Shown: positions 10,507 through 21,169 of the stretch, in pieces | Layout: every line of letters starts with the position of its first letter | How positions within the stretch are numbered: position 1 is the stretch's first letter | Source: Candidatus Bathyarchaeia archaeon | GTDB taxonomy: Archaea > Thermoproteota > Bathyarchaeia > 40CM-2-53-6 | Assembly (NCBI GenBank): GCA_050013255.1 | Contig: JBEKFP010000002.1 | Location: 448,001 to 512,000, forward strand | Length of the DNA: 64,000 bases | Direction of reading: 5' to 3' | The notes under the pieces: model-generated | Told to the model about the DNA's origin: nothing | Seen by the model: only the letters and a program-made list of their open reading frames with translations | The model's database searches: none | Translations under genes and position numbers: made by a program

Positions 10507-12120
10507 CTACGGAGGCAATGCTGTAGCATTTGGATTGAGCAGAACTGTTACGTGTCCGTTCGAGTAAATTCTTGAGAATCCCACCGTGTTTCCCTCCATT
10601 TGCGATAATTCGCTATTTGACAGTCCTGCTATGTTGACTAGATCTTTCTCAAATTCGGGGCTCATGAAGATAATCTTGAACCATGCAGCACCTTTCAGTA
10701 ATCGAGGTGAAGCATACTCATCGATAAAGTGTGTATTCGTATTCGACTTGGAATCCAACCACTGATATACACGGTTCCGAAGCAGCATGGTGTAATTTTC
10801 ACCATTTGGATCCGCTTGGAAGGTGGAGATGAAGATGACATCGGCTGCATGCTGTTCTCTAAAGGACATGTATGATTCCACGTTGTAAGTTCTATGGAGT
10901 AAGGCCACTGGGAAAATTGCTAGCGCCAGGAGAAAATACACAAGCAGGAATTTGCGTGCCGTGGCACTTACTAACACCGATCTCAGGGCATGGGTGGTCG
11001 GGATGAAGAGTATCTGGAGGGCCCTCCAGCCTATCACTCCGACAATGGCATAGACTACAGAGGAGACTTGCACCGAAATATCAATGACACGTAACTTGTA
11101 GTGTTTCAAGCAGTAATAAGTCACAAAACCTAGAAGTGCCCACATCGAAATCGTAGTAAAAAGCGAAACCGCTCTACCGAGCGCGTCAATCGAAGATACC
11201 GGTCCGGCTAGTGTCAACCTGCCCTGTAACATGTACTCGAGATACAGCTGCGAATACTGGATAATTGCCATCGAAATCATTACCGGTGTTTCGAAGACAA
11301 CGTACACTGCGTATAGCAGTAAGAAGATCAGTGCCAAATTCAAGTACCATCGGTCCTTAATGCTCGCTATAAGTGCGGTAAATACAACAAAAACAGGAAG
11401 GAAGGCGTGCGTGAACATTAATGCTCCGTAGACTATGAGCGTTGCGATCCGAGACTGCACTCCCTTGCCGGTCATAAAGACGAGGCAAATTATCAGAAGC
11501 GTGAGGGCGAACGATTGAGCAGAGAACTGCCATGGCATGTAAGGATTGGCAGCGATAGCATATGCCACGATCGATAGAAAGTCTCTCACTGGGCTGTTCT
11601 GACTTGAGTACAAAAAGAGTCCACCTACAAAAGCTACGTTCCAAGTGAGAAATAGGATGGTACAAACCATCGAGATCGGAACATCGAGAACTCGTGACGC
11701 AATTGTTCCAAGAATAAAAAGCAGGGGCCATTGATAGTAAAGATTCCACACTCCGTTAGACGCATAGTTCTCAGTGAGTCCGCGGAAGAAATTCGCATCC
11801 GGTCCGAACGGGAACGTGAAGAAAAAAGTGATCGAATACGTGCAGATGAAGAAAACGATCCCACAGACGAAGCGCTCCCACATATGTTTGGAGTTGCTAG
11901 CGATCAGGAAGATTGCAATATTTGCGATTGAGAGACCAATCCAATAGAATGGGCTAATTGAATCATAGAGATAATTCGCTCGTGACTCTACGGCCACAGG
12001 AAAATTCCTGAACCACGCTACGCTGATCAAGAACAGGCCGATTGGAAGGAGAGCATAACCAATCCTAGAGCGCGCCCGACTCCATTCTTGATTGTTAGGT
12101 CGCACTCTATTACCACACAA
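10507..12120 (-). CDS. Polytopic membrane protein, GT-C/polymerase-like
   Basis: FGPDANFF..YYQWP, FSAQSFAL, THAF, C-terminal SRIYSNG; paralog of 3831. Confidence 0.65.
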   Translation of the reverse strand: MCGNRVRPNNQEWSRARSRIGYALLPIGLFLISVAWFRNFPVAVESRANYLYDSISPFYWIGLSIANIAIFLIASNSKHMWERFVCGIVFFICTYSITFFFTFPFGPDANFFRGLTENYASNGVWNLYYQWPLLFILGTIASRVLDVPISMVCTILFLTWNVAFVGGLFLYSSQNSPVRDFLSIVAYAIAANPYMPWQFSAQSFALTLLIICLVFMTGKGVQSRIATLIVYGALMFTHAFLPVFVVFTALIASIKDRWYLNLALIFLLLYAVYVVFETPVMISMAIIQYSQLYLEYMLQGRLTLAGPVSSIDALGRAVSLFTTISMWALLGFVTYYCLKHYKLRVIDISVQVSSVVYAIVGVIGWRALQILFIPTTHALRSVLVSATARKFLLVYFLLALAIFPVALLHRTYNVESYMSFREQHAADVIFISTFQADPNGENYTMLLRNRVYQWLDSKSNTNTHFIDEYASPRLLKGAAWFKIIFMSPEFEKDLVNIAGLSNSELSQMEGNTVGFSRIYSNGHVTVLLNPNATALPP

Positions 12121-12236
12121 GCAATGGTAGCATTTACTCTACAGGAAAGACATTCTGTTATGGCTATGATTCTTGATAGCCTTTGTCCTGAAGGTATTTG
12201 ATCATATCCAACCACTGTGTGTTTCATTACTCAATG

Positions 12237-13010
12237 CTAGAACTTCGTTTCATATCGTTTCATGAAGTGATTTGCTGTCGCTTGCTCGATGCCAATTGTC
12301 CACGACCTCCCAGAACTACCTCCTATTGCCAGTAGTGGCGCGATTAGCGGTAGAAACATGTAGAACGCCCGTACAGTAGGTGGTGGCTTCGCAAACTTCA
12401 ATGCTTGGTATACGCCGAGCATTGTTCTTGCCTTATACACTCGTTCCTCTGCGGGTGAACGTGTTCTGGAAGTCATTACGTAGGCCTCCGGGCAGAATTT
12501 CACGCGATAGCCCAACTCGAGTGCCCTAAACATAAGATATGTGTCTTCAGCTGTACATGGTGGGATTGGGACTAAGTGATTGAAGACTCGTCTATTGATT
12601 AGAATCAGTTCACCGCTGGCGGCCACGGGAAGTCTACGCCTCACATGATCGAGTATCTTGTAGAATTCTCTCTGAGGGCCCTCTACGACCTTCACTCCAC
12701 AGTATGTTAGATCAGCTTCACGGGAACGCAAGAGAGCTTTGTCAAGCGAGTAAATACTTGTGTCGACATCATTGAGCACAATTAGTTGGGCGTTTGAAGG
12801 TACGAACTTACTTCCAAAGTTTATCGCATCCCATTTTCCAACTGCCTTTCGGTATCGTACCCTAGGATGGTTCACTCTCTCGCCACAAATAACCAAGAAT
12901 CTGGAAACCCCTAGAGCTGCAAGTTCGTCAAGCTTGTCGCGTAAGTGGGTTCGATCTCTTGCTAGGACTAAGAAGAAAGGCGGTATACGTGCAAAGAGGT
13001 TTGTGTGCAC
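12237..13010 (-). CDS. Glycosyltransferase family 2
   Basis: GKWDAIN, NDVD (DxD), SGEL, AEDTY, RxR-like motif. Confidence 0.8.
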   Translation of the reverse strand: MHTNLFARIPPFFLVLARDRTHLRDKLDELAALGVSRFLVICGERVNHPRVRYRKAVGKWDAINFGSKFVPSNAQLIVLNDVDTSIYSLDKALLRSREADLTYCGVKVVEGPQREFYKILDHVRRRLPVAASGELILINRRVFNHLVPIPPCTAEDTYLMFRALELGYRVKFCPEAYVMTSRTRSPAEERVYKARTMLGVYQALKFAKPPPTVRAFYMFLPLIAPLLAIGGSSGRSWTIGIEQATANHFMKRYETKF

Positions 13011-13190
13011 TTTAAGTCCTCTCAGACCGAGCAGTCAAAGCTTCGCCAGATAATCGAAAGCTGAAATGAACTAGGACTAATTACTTTAGCTGTTTGATGC
13101 CACCCCATGATATCTTGAACAGATTAGCAAGCCGTAGAACTGCTTAGGGCGCTTAAGACAAACGGGATCTCGCAATCACCAAGGCGACTA

Positions 13191-13949
13191 TTATGGAGGA
13201 GAGTCGGTCTTGACCACAATTACTACCTCAGGTGAAATCTGCATCTTTCGGAACTTAGAGGGACGGTAGGGGGAGATACCACGGCCTGGTTTTGTGATAT
13301 CGCCCATGCCACATTCATCGACCAATTGTTTGACAAATCCAACCATACCATAACTGTGGTTCGGAGAGTAGGGCTTAGCAACGTAACAAAACAAGGTGTA
13401 GAGTTTACGGAGACTGCGCTTACCTCCCTCTAGCCGCCAAATTCGCTCCACTATGCTGTTATCCGTCTTCGGGATTTTTGGATCAAAAAATCTTCCATCT
13501 GGCCAGGACTGCCAGTATCCTGTACCCCAGTCTTCGATAGCATATATTCCTCCAGGCTTCAAATGATTGTTAAAGAGATGCCAGAAGGCGATCCGTGTAG
13601 GATCAGCCAGATGAGAAGCGTCGTCGACAATCACATCGAAACCGTGAGGAGCCATTTCGAGAGAAATGCGGTCAAGAAGCGCGGTGTCTTGCTGCAGACC
13701 GCGGTAAATGTGAGTTCTGCCAGTCGAGTCGTGAATGTCGACGGGATTGGCATCTAATCCCACGATATGGCCGTTTTGAAAATAGTCTCGCCAAAGTAAC
13801 AGCGAGCCCCCCTTGAAAACACCAAGCTCAAAGAGCGTGATCTCCTTATCTTTGAAAGGCGCGAAGTACTCTTCGTAGACCTTGAGATATTTCACACTCT
13901 TGTCCGTCTGGTAGCCGGTCATATCCGAAAGCCTGACCATCGGATTCAC
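13191..13949 (-). CDS. Class I SAM-dependent methyltransferase (sugar O-methyltransferase-like)
   Basis: ELGVFKGGSLLLWRDYF, DVIVDDASH, LKPGGIYAIED. Confidence 0.85.
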   Translation of the reverse strand: MNPMVRLSDMTGYQTDKSVKYLKVYEEYFAPFKDKEITLFELGVFKGGSLLLWRDYFQNGHIVGLDANPVDIHDSTGRTHIYRGLQQDTALLDRISLEMAPHGFDVIVDDASHLADPTRIAFWHLFNNHLKPGGIYAIEDWGTGYWQSWPDGRFFDPKIPKTDNSIVERIWRLEGGKRSLRKLYTLFCYVAKPYSPNHSYGMVGFVKQLVDECGMGDITKPGRGISPYRPSKFRKMQISPEVVIVVKTDSPP

Positions 13950-14101
13950 CAGCTGACTAGTATGCTTGCTAGAATCGCGTCACGAAATCTGATCATGATA
14001 ATTGTGAACTTCCTGTCTCAAATCTACTTGGAAGTGATTTATATGTCGTCCCTAATTGTGCATCTGCCTCGCGGATGGAGAATTAGAGGCATGATTGAGT
14101 C

Positions 14102-15349
14102 ATGTGCCATCAACCTCTTCGAATATTGGTGGTGAAATATGCGGTTGTCGGGCTAACAGATCTATCCCGTGAAAGTACGACCTTCAAGCCACTCGCGGCC
14201 TTGGCGAGACTAGGACATCAAGTGACATTTCTGGCAGCAGTACCACACAAATCAGCAGGACGGCGAGAAGTGTCCGGTCTGAAGTTAGAGCTCATTCGAA
14301 TTCCTAAGGAATCTCCCGTCTTTTCTTTGATCTTTTTCGAAATTGCCGCATTGTGGCGCGTCCTCAGAGCAATCTCACACTCAGACGTAATCATTCTTGA
14401 TTACAACTCCGTGCCGTTGCTTTTCCCAGTCCTTTTTCTTCGGCGTTTGTTCAGCCGTAATCCAATATTGCTGCTTCACATTGAGACTAACGTGGTAGTT
14501 GAAGAAAATGCATTACGCAATATGGCGGTTTCTTTCCATGACGCTCTCTCAATGAAACTGGCATCGGTGCTTTTTGACAAAATATTCTTTTCTTCGCCCA
14601 TGTTGGCAGAGCTCTATCGTAATACGTATCGACTATCGGGCAGTAAGATCGCTGTGTGGCCCAACGTTGTCGAGTCAGAGTTTGCTGGTTTTGTAGATGA
14701 AAAGAGAGTTGAACTCCTGCGCAAAGAGCTTGGATTGGCGGGCCGATTGAGCGTATTGTATCATGGATGGCTTTCAAAGGGAAGAGGAATAATTGAACTT
14801 GTTGAGGCGTTTAGACTTCTAAAAGAAGAGTCTGCCATGGCAGTCTTAGTTCTCTTAGGATACGGACCTCAGAAAGAGGCCATCTCTAAGTACGTGCGTG
14901 AGAACAGTTTAGGTGAAATTGTGAAACTTCGAGGACCAGTTGCCAATACGGAGGTTCCAAACTACATCGCAGCTTGCGACGTAGGTATAGTCCCTCTTCC
15001 GGATAATATATGGTGGCGCTATCAATGCCCGATAAAGGTGCTTGAGCTATTGTCGATGAACAAGCCGTTGATCGTTTCTGACTTGCCCGCTCACAGATGG
15101 ATAATCGGTAACCAACCGGTGGCGATTTTCCTTAAAGGAACAGACCCACGTTCGATAGCTGACGGAATATGTGAATTCGCTAATTCAAGAAGCGACTTTG
15201 ATCATGAGGCAGGAAGAATGATCGTAGAAGAGAGGTTCACGCCCGAGAAAGTTGCTAGCTATATTGAATCTGAAATCGTATCTCTAATTTCGATGCCCAC
15301 GAAGATGATTATTGATCAGAAGATCAATTCTCACAAGCCATTGGGTTGA
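14102..15349 (+). CDS. Glycosyltransferase family 4
   Basis: YHGWLSKGRG, CPIKVLELLSMNKPLIVSD; paralog of 449..1741. Confidence 0.9.
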   Translation: MCHQPLRILVVKYAVVGLTDLSRESTTFKPLAALARLGHQVTFLAAVPHKSAGRREVSGLKLELIRIPKESPVFSLIFFEIAALWRVLRAISHSDVIILDYNSVPLLFPVLFLRRLFSRNPILLLHIETNVVVEENALRNMAVSFHDALSMKLASVLFDKIFFSSPMLAELYRNTYRLSGSKIAVWPNVVESEFAGFVDEKRVELLRKELGLAGRLSVLYHGWLSKGRGIIELVEAFRLLKEESAMAVLVLLGYGPQKEAISKYVRENSLGEIVKLRGPVANTEVPNYIAACDVGIVPLPDNIWWRYQCPIKVLELLSMNKPLIVSDLPAHRWIIGNQPVAIFLKGTDPRSIADGICEFANSRSDFDHEAGRMIVEERFTPEKVASYIESEIVSLISMPTKMIIDQKINSHKPLG

Positions 15350-15358
15350 GTAGATGTT

Positions 15359-16297
15359 ATGTCTTGGCCCCTAGTTTCCGTTGTGATACCGACGCAGAGT
15401 CGAGAACGGCAGACTCTGCTGTGTAGGGCAATTAATGGTGTGTTCGGTCAGGACTATCCTGGACCGATCGAGTGCTTAGTAGTATTTGATCGAAGCAAGC
15501 CGGTGGTTCCTTCAGTGGAGACAAAGGATGGCCGATTTCTCCGAATATTGACTAATGTACGTGCTGCTGGTCCTAGTGGTACAAGAAACACGGGAGCTAT
15601 GGCTGCAAGGGGAGAGTTTCTTGCTTTTTGCGATGACGACGACGAATGGTTAGAGAGAAAGTTACGCCTTCAAATAGATGCCCTAGCGAATCACGTTGCC
15701 GTAGTAGCCACATGCGGGATATATGTTTGCTACGAGGGTCACGCAATAGCTCGGTTGCCTCCTAATCGAACTCTCACTTTCAGAGATTTTCTTCGATCGC
15801 GTTACACGGAGGTGCATCCGAGCACTCTTACGATGAGGAGACAAACGTTTTTCGAATACGTCGGCCCACTTGACGAGAATGATGCTCTCAAATCCGGCTA
15901 CTGCGCCGACTACGAGTGGATATTGCGGGCTTCACGTCGGTGCAGGTTTGTCACTGTTAGAAAGCCCTTGGTACGAATAAATTGGCATCCAGGAGCTTGG
16001 TCGATGATGCAGAAAGCAGCACGATGGGAGATCACCATCGCTGCATTGTCATATCTCATAGAAAAGTACCCAGAGTTTCAACAAGAACCGCGGGGATTTG
16101 CGCGTATCTGCGGACAAATCGCTTTTGCATACGCTGCACTGGGAAAGAGAGCGCAATCTCGACAATGGACAGCAAAATGCCTATCCATAAATCCTCTGGA
16201 CATTCGGGCGTTCTTGGCTATTCTTGCCAATTCTGGTTTGATGCGTTGGGAGACAATTGTTCGATTCATCAACATGTTGGGGAGGGGAATCACCTAA
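15359..16297 (+). CDS. Glycosyltransferase family 2
   Basis: VSVVIPT, RNTG..ARGEFLAFCDDDDEW..KL..Q, DYEW. Confidence 0.92.
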   Translation: MSWPLVSVVIPTQSRERQTLLCRAINGVFGQDYPGPIECLVVFDRSKPVVPSVETKDGRFLRILTNVRAAGPSGTRNTGAMAARGEFLAFCDDDDEWLERKLRLQIDALANHVAVVATCGIYVCYEGHAIARLPPNRTLTFRDFLRSRYTEVHPSTLTMRRQTFFEYVGPLDENDALKSGYCADYEWILRASRRCRFVTVRKPLVRINWHPGAWSMMQKAARWEITIAALSYLIEKYPEFQQEPRGFARICGQIAFAYAALGKRAQSRQWTAKCLSINPLDIRAFLAILANSGLMRWETIVRFINMLGRGIT

Positions 16298-16492
16298 CAT
16301 CGTCCGGCGCTGTGCCGAGTGAGCTCTATCACGATTTCGACAAGAAACTGGAGAGATAGTTTGCTCTGGGTCTCTGTAACGGGACGCTCACGAAACGCGC
16401 AACAACGATTGTCGTACCGCTCGGAAATCAGGAGGTGGTAAGCAGCGAGTAGGAAGGTGATCCTTGAGCGTCTCTGCATTGTCATCTGCATT

Positions 16493-17818
16493 TTATGGGG
16501 TTGGAATCGAAGATCTGCCTACTCCGAATGTTGGAATAGTGAGGTGTTTTCCGGATAGAATGTTTCTGCCATCAACTATCGCTTTGAGGCTGCCCACTCG
16601 TTCGTATTGAAAATTCTCGAATTGAGGATGGTTGGTTGCTATGACGATGATGTCGCAGGATTCACGGGTAGGATCAAACGGTGTCATTCCCAGGCGTTCT
16701 ATTTCTTCATTTGAGAACAGTGGGTCATAGACTCTGATATTCTTGATACCTTCCCTCTCGAGAATCTGGTTAAATGTGATTGCGGGGCTGTCCCTGCAAT
16801 CCTTTACCCCACCTTTGTAGGATAGGCCGAAGATGGTTACGCGTGTCTCCACGGTGTCTTTCCTGATGTAAGCGCATGCTTCTTTCATCAGGCCGTAGAC
16901 AAAATATGGCATCCTCTCGTTGGAGAGCATAGCATTCCACAGCGTGTTGAAAGGGGTTCCTGACTCTTCACCCGCAGAAATAAGATAATACGGATCCTTT
17001 GGAATACAAGGTCCCCCGACGCCTATTCCAGGGTAATGTGGATGAAAGCTCCATTTCGTTGCGGCCGCACCTATGACTTCAAGCACGTCAATTCCAGTGG
17101 AGTCACAGAAACGTGCGAATTCATTCGCGAGCCCGAGATTTAGTGCACGATAGGAGTTCTCAAGCATCTTAGTTGCCTCAGCTGCCTCTAGAGAGGAGAC
17201 GAGGACCAGCTGCTTCACGAAATGTGAGTAGAGCTGACGAGCGAGTTCGGTTGAGTTCTGATCTATCCCCCCTATGACTTTCGGTATTTCCGACATAGCC
17301 AAGCTTGTGTTGCCAGGGTCTATGCGTTCAGGGGAGGCTACGAGAGCAAAATCACGACCGGGGACCAAGTGCGATTTTCTTTCTAGGATTCGCCCGATAA
17401 TATTTCTAGTCATGCCTGGGGCGACTGTGCTTTCGTTCACAACTATGTCTCCCTCGTTGATGGATTGTCCTATTAGCGAAGATGCTTCTTTGATCATGGC
17501 CAAATCTGGTCGTCTGTCTACGAACATTGGAGTAGGCACGCAGACTATCTTCACACGTGAATTTGCCACGACCCCTGTATCTTGGGAGGCCTGTAAAGAG
17601 CCTGAGTCTACCAGTGACTTGATTTCCGAATGTGAGATTGCAACTAAGTGTTCGAGAGGGTTTCTTCCAGCCTTCACGGCATCGACCTTTTCAGCAGATG
17701 TGTCAAATCCGAGGACGTGGAATCCACCTTGGGCTGCTCCGCAGGCAAGAGACAACCCTACGTATCCGAGGCCTATGATGCACACCCTGTCTTCGAGGTC
17801 AACGTCTTTCATTTTCAT
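16493..17818 (-). CDS. Nucleotide-sugar (UDP-HexNAc) 6-dehydrogenase
   Basis: GLGYVG, CVPTP, ESTVAPG, SPERIDPG, GVGGPCIPKDP. Confidence 0.93.
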   Translation of the reverse strand: MKMKDVDLEDRVCIIGLGYVGLSLACGAAQGGFHVLGFDTSAEKVDAVKAGRNPLEHLVAISHSEIKSLVDSGSLQASQDTGVVANSRVKIVCVPTPMFVDRRPDLAMIKEASSLIGQSINEGDIVVNESTVAPGMTRNIIGRILERKSHLVPGRDFALVASPERIDPGNTSLAMSEIPKVIGGIDQNSTELARQLYSHFVKQLVLVSSLEAAEATKMLENSYRALNLGLANEFARFCDSTGIDVLEVIGAAATKWSFHPHYPGIGVGGPCIPKDPYYLISAGEESGTPFNTLWNAMLSNERMPYFVYGLMKEACAYIRKDTVETRVTIFGLSYKGGVKDCRDSPAITFNQILEREGIKNIRVYDPLFSNEEIERLGMTPFDPTRESCDIIVIATNHPQFENFQYERVGSLKAIVDGRNILSGKHLTIPTFGVGRSSIPTP

Positions 17819-17836
17819 TGGGAATTCATCTCTGTC

Positions 17837-18766
17837 CTACCGAGTCTGCATCCAATTGATTGTTGCGGCTATTCCTTCGCGCATCGGTGTCTGTGGTTTA
17901 TAGCCCAGTTGTTGAGCCTTGTTTATGTCCGCGAGTCGGTTGAAGATTTCGATTTCTCTGGGACGATTCGATTTGTCGAAATTCTTGAGCACTATACTCG
18001 ACTTAGAGTTTGATAATTTCAGTATGAGGTCCGCGAGTTCAGATGCTTTTGTAGGTACACCGGTTCCCACGTTAAATACTTGATTTTTCGCCCGACTTAC
18101 TTGTGTTGCTGTCAAGGTAAGTCTAACTGCGTCTTTCACAAACGTGAAGTCTCGGACTTGATTTCCGTCTCCATAAATCTCTAACGGAGCTCCTTGTAAG
18201 GCAGCACGAACGAATCGTGGTATAACAAATCGGTCGTCTTGTCTTGGTCCATAGACGTTGAAGTATCTGAGGATAACGTATTCGATTCCGTATGCACGTC
18301 GGTAGGCTTCGCAATATCTCTCTCCGGCTAGCTTCGCGACGCCATAAGTCGACTTAGGAGATGTCCTGTCGGTTTCAGCTATAGGAAGCGATGATGGTTC
18401 TCCGTAGACTTCTGAAGATGAGCCGTAGATGACCATCTTTACGTCGTTCTTTCTCATCCCCTCTAGGATGTTTCGAGTTCCCATGATCTCCACTTCAAGA
18501 GTGTCAATAGGATGTTGATATGCATACTCGACACCTAACACCGCAGCCAGATGATACACAACGTCTACAGACTTAGTGGCGTCGAGCACGTTCTGTGGAT
18601 CACATACGTCACCCTCGATGAGTTCGAACTGATTTCCTGGTGTTTTTGGCTGCTTGTTGGAGAAGTTGTCGAGTACGCTCACTTTGTTGCCTTCCGAAAC
18701 TAGCTCTTCCACCAGGTGGGATCCTATGAATCCAGCTCCTCCGGTCACAAGAACTGACGTGGTTAA
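17837..18766 (-). CDS. NAD-dependent sugar epimerase/dehydratase
   Basis: VTGGAGFIGSH, YGVAK (YxxxK), RYFNVYGP, RDF. Start placed at TTA 18766 after AGGAG; the ORF track start is 18877. Confidence 0.9.
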   Translation of the reverse strand, partial: LTTSVLVTGGAGFIGSHLVEELVSEGNKVSVLDNFSNKQPKTPGNQFELIEGDVCDPQNVLDATKSVDVVYHLAAVLGVEYAYQHPIDTLEVEIMGTRNILEGMRKNDVKMVIYGSSSEVYGEPSSLPIAETDRTSPKSTYGVAKLAGERYCEAYRRAYGIEYVILRYFNVYGPRQDDRFVIPRFVRAALQGAPLEIYGDGNQVRDFTFVKDAVRLTLTATQVSRAKNQVFNVGTGVPTKASELADLILKLSNSKSSIVLKNFDKSNRPREIEIFNRLADINKAQQLGYKPQTPMREGIAATINWMQTR

Positions 18767-18907
18767 GTTGCTCTCCTGATACGGGTTACGTGTAGATGGC
18801 GCATGGTCTGGCTTATTACTGTCGTGTCGCGTCGTTGCATACGGAATGTCAAGGTGACTGTTGACGATAAATACCACATCATCAACAGCCTATTGCAGTT
18901 GTGCTGA

Positions 18908-19297
18908 ATGCAGAAACTGTACTCCAAGTCGCATTTGACGAAGATCGGTCATGACCGCAGAGGCCTAATCTTCAGAGCATCGCTCGTCGACAGGGAGTAC
19001 TCGTTCGTCGAAATGCGCGAGACGAGCCTGCGTGGAGGACATTACCATAGCCGTGAAACTTTCCATCTAGTAGTGCAAGGAAGGATTCGTTTCGAGCTTA
19101 TGGACCCTATCTTGAGGAGAAAACGGCAAGTAACTGCTGGTCCAATGGATATTGTACGTGTCAGGGCTGGAGTGGCACATCTCTTAATAGCCTTGGAAGA
19201 CTCAATATTCATCGAACCCCTAGCTGGACATGGCACAACAGTAAATTTCAACCCACAGCGGGCGCGAGTTGTTCACTTCATAAGGTCATCTGAGTGA
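18908..19297 (+). CDS. Cupin (sugar isomerase/epimerase-like)
   Basis: DRRG, RGGHYH..E, VAH cupin motifs. Confidence 0.75.
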   Translation: MQKLYSKSHLTKIGHDRRGLIFRASLVDREYSFVEMRETSLRGGHYHSRETFHLVVQGRIRFELMDPILRRKRQVTAGPMDIVRVRAGVAHLLIALEDSIFIEPLAGHGTTVNFNPQRARVVHFIRSSE

Positions 19298-19349
19298 TTT
19301 GTAGGGAAACGGTACCTTCTCGTCAGCCAAGAAATGCTGTTACTTTTCG

Positions 19350-20249
19350 TCAGCTAGAAAATGCCGCTACTTTAGCCCAATTAGCTTGCCAAATCCCTTG
19401 CGGGTCGATTAGGTAAAAGAGTACGTTTGCGTCTTGTTGTGCTCCGTAATTCAGCCAACTGTCGAAATTAGAGTAACAGTCGAAACTTGAAGAAGTGTTC
19501 TCCCAATTTGACATCATGAGCCAAGTGATTGCTGGCTTTCCATATTGGGCCGCAAGCTGTGCGTTATAGTTAATCATTGATTGATGATTGTAGTCGTCTT
19601 CGGCCATGAACACTCGAAGATCACTCCCAAATAATGCGTAGTCAGTTGACAAAGCGGAACTGGCCCACTCATCTATTATGATTCCAATATGTGAGTTACT
19701 TTGCTCCGCCGTAATGACAAAACTTTGCAGTTGACTTTGCGACCAAGCCCCGCTTGAGATCGGTTCATCATTTATGATGAAATCAGGATTCATACTAAGT
19801 GCTTCAGGCAGGCCGTTCAGGGTTACTGAATAATTGTTTCTTCCTAGGAACACAAAAGTTTTGAGACCATAGGATCGTGCTGTTGCCAACCAGTTTGATA
19901 ATTGTCGAAGATTATTGCTGTTTTCCCAATATCCGTCTGTCCCCACGATTGTGAAGTGAGCAGCAACTAATTGACTAAACGAAGGTGGAAAACTTGGTCC
20001 AGTTAATATGGATTGACTACTGATGAACAATCCTTTAGCAAATACTGAACGGGCAGAGGAGAAGTAAGCAGTAGATGTTGAGGTTTGAGTTATTATGTTT
20101 GTTAGCGTAGATGTCTGGGATATCGTGGAGGTAATAAGTTGAGGAACTCCACCGGTCCATTGAATTCTTACACTAGAAAGCTGCTGATGAATTACTACTA
20201 CGCTCACTATGAGAATTATGAGTACGATTACTGTAGATTGACTTACCAA
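19350..20249 (-). CDS. Membrane-anchored glycoside-hydrolase-like (TIM barrel) protein
   Basis: N-terminal TM, Thr/Ser linker, ARSYGLK, FIINDEP, IIDE, EDDY. Confidence 0.5.
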   Translation of the reverse strand: MVSQSTVIVLIILIVSVVVIHQQLSSVRIQWTGGVPQLITSTISQTSTLTNIITQTSTSTAYFSSARSVFAKGLFISSQSILTGPSFPPSFSQLVAAHFTIVGTDGYWENSNNLRQLSNWLATARSYGLKTFVFLGRNNYSVTLNGLPEALSMNPDFIINDEPISSGAWSQSQLQSFVITAEQSNSHIGIIIDEWASSALSTDYALFGSDLRVFMAEDDYNHQSMINYNAQLAAQYGKPAITWLMMSNWENTSSSFDCYSNFDSWLNYGAQQDANVLFYLIDPQGIWQANWAKVAAFSS

Positions 20250-20555
20250 ATTAGCTTCACCTGTATGAATCTTGCCTCTTCCGATAACCTTGAGCGCTTT
20301 CGTTCTGAATCATAGTTAACCACTTGTTCTCTCCAGCGATTCTCATTAGCGGCTTCAGCTAGCGCACGTGGTTTTCCGGTAGCTATCGTATTTATACTTA
20401 CAAAAAGTTAGCCGTTACTGTGGACGAGTTCTGGGCGCATCGTCTACTGTGGCTCACGAAGATGTATTGTTACCATTTGTCTGGTCCTTCCGTATCCTAT
20501 CACATTAAGTCATTATAAGCAAGTTAACTCCCTACGAGAAAACGGCAGTTTCCAC

Positions 20556-21167
20556 TTGCAGACACAGTCAGATTCGCATCGGTCTCCAAGAGAAGCGATT
20601 GAGCACATTTTGAAATCGAGACATCCTGCGACAGTACAACAACTTGCTGAGATGGCGATGGCAGAAACTGACATTCGTGAAGAAGAAGTGGTTCAAATTG
20701 TCAAGGAGATGGAAACTGAAGGATCGTTGATGCTCCAAGAGCCGTTGCGCGATATTACGTCTACTTGGGACTATCTTCGTACCCCCATTCTCTCCTTGTG
20801 GTTCTGGACTGCGTTGGGCGCAACGGTTCTTACAACTAGTGTTGTTCTCTTTGTTCCTGACTTTTTTCCGATCGTAGTCATACGATGGTTGTCGGGGTCG
20901 ATTCTTCTATTTTTCTTGCCTGGATACGCCCTTCTACACCTTCTATTTCCAGGGAGAAAAGAGAAGAGTTCACTTGAGCGATTTGTCCTGAGTATAGGTC
21001 TGAGCCTTGCTATCATTCCATTAATCGGCTTGATTCTCACCTACACTCCCTGGAGCCTCAGCTCCGTCCCGGTCGTGTTGTGTATCGCAGCATTCTCGAT
21101 CGGCGTCTTGGCTGGGGCGGTCATAAGAAAATGGTTGCATATCCGCAATCGGCGATCGCTTGTCTAA
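20556..21167 (+). CDS. DUF1616-family membrane protein
   Basis: FLPGY..LFP..LERFVLSIGLSLAIIPLIGLILTYTPW; wHTH-like N-terminus. Confidence 0.85.
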   Translation: MQTQSDSHRSPREAIEHILKSRHPATVQQLAEMAMAETDIREEEVVQIVKEMETEGSLMLQEPLRDITSTWDYLRTPILSLWFWTALGATVLTTSVVLFVPDFFPIVVIRWLSGSILLFFLPGYALLHLLFPGRKEKSSLERFVLSIGLSLAIIPLIGLILTYTPWSLSSVPVVLCIAAFSIGVLAGAVIRKWLHIRNRRSLV

Positions 21168-21169
21168 TA

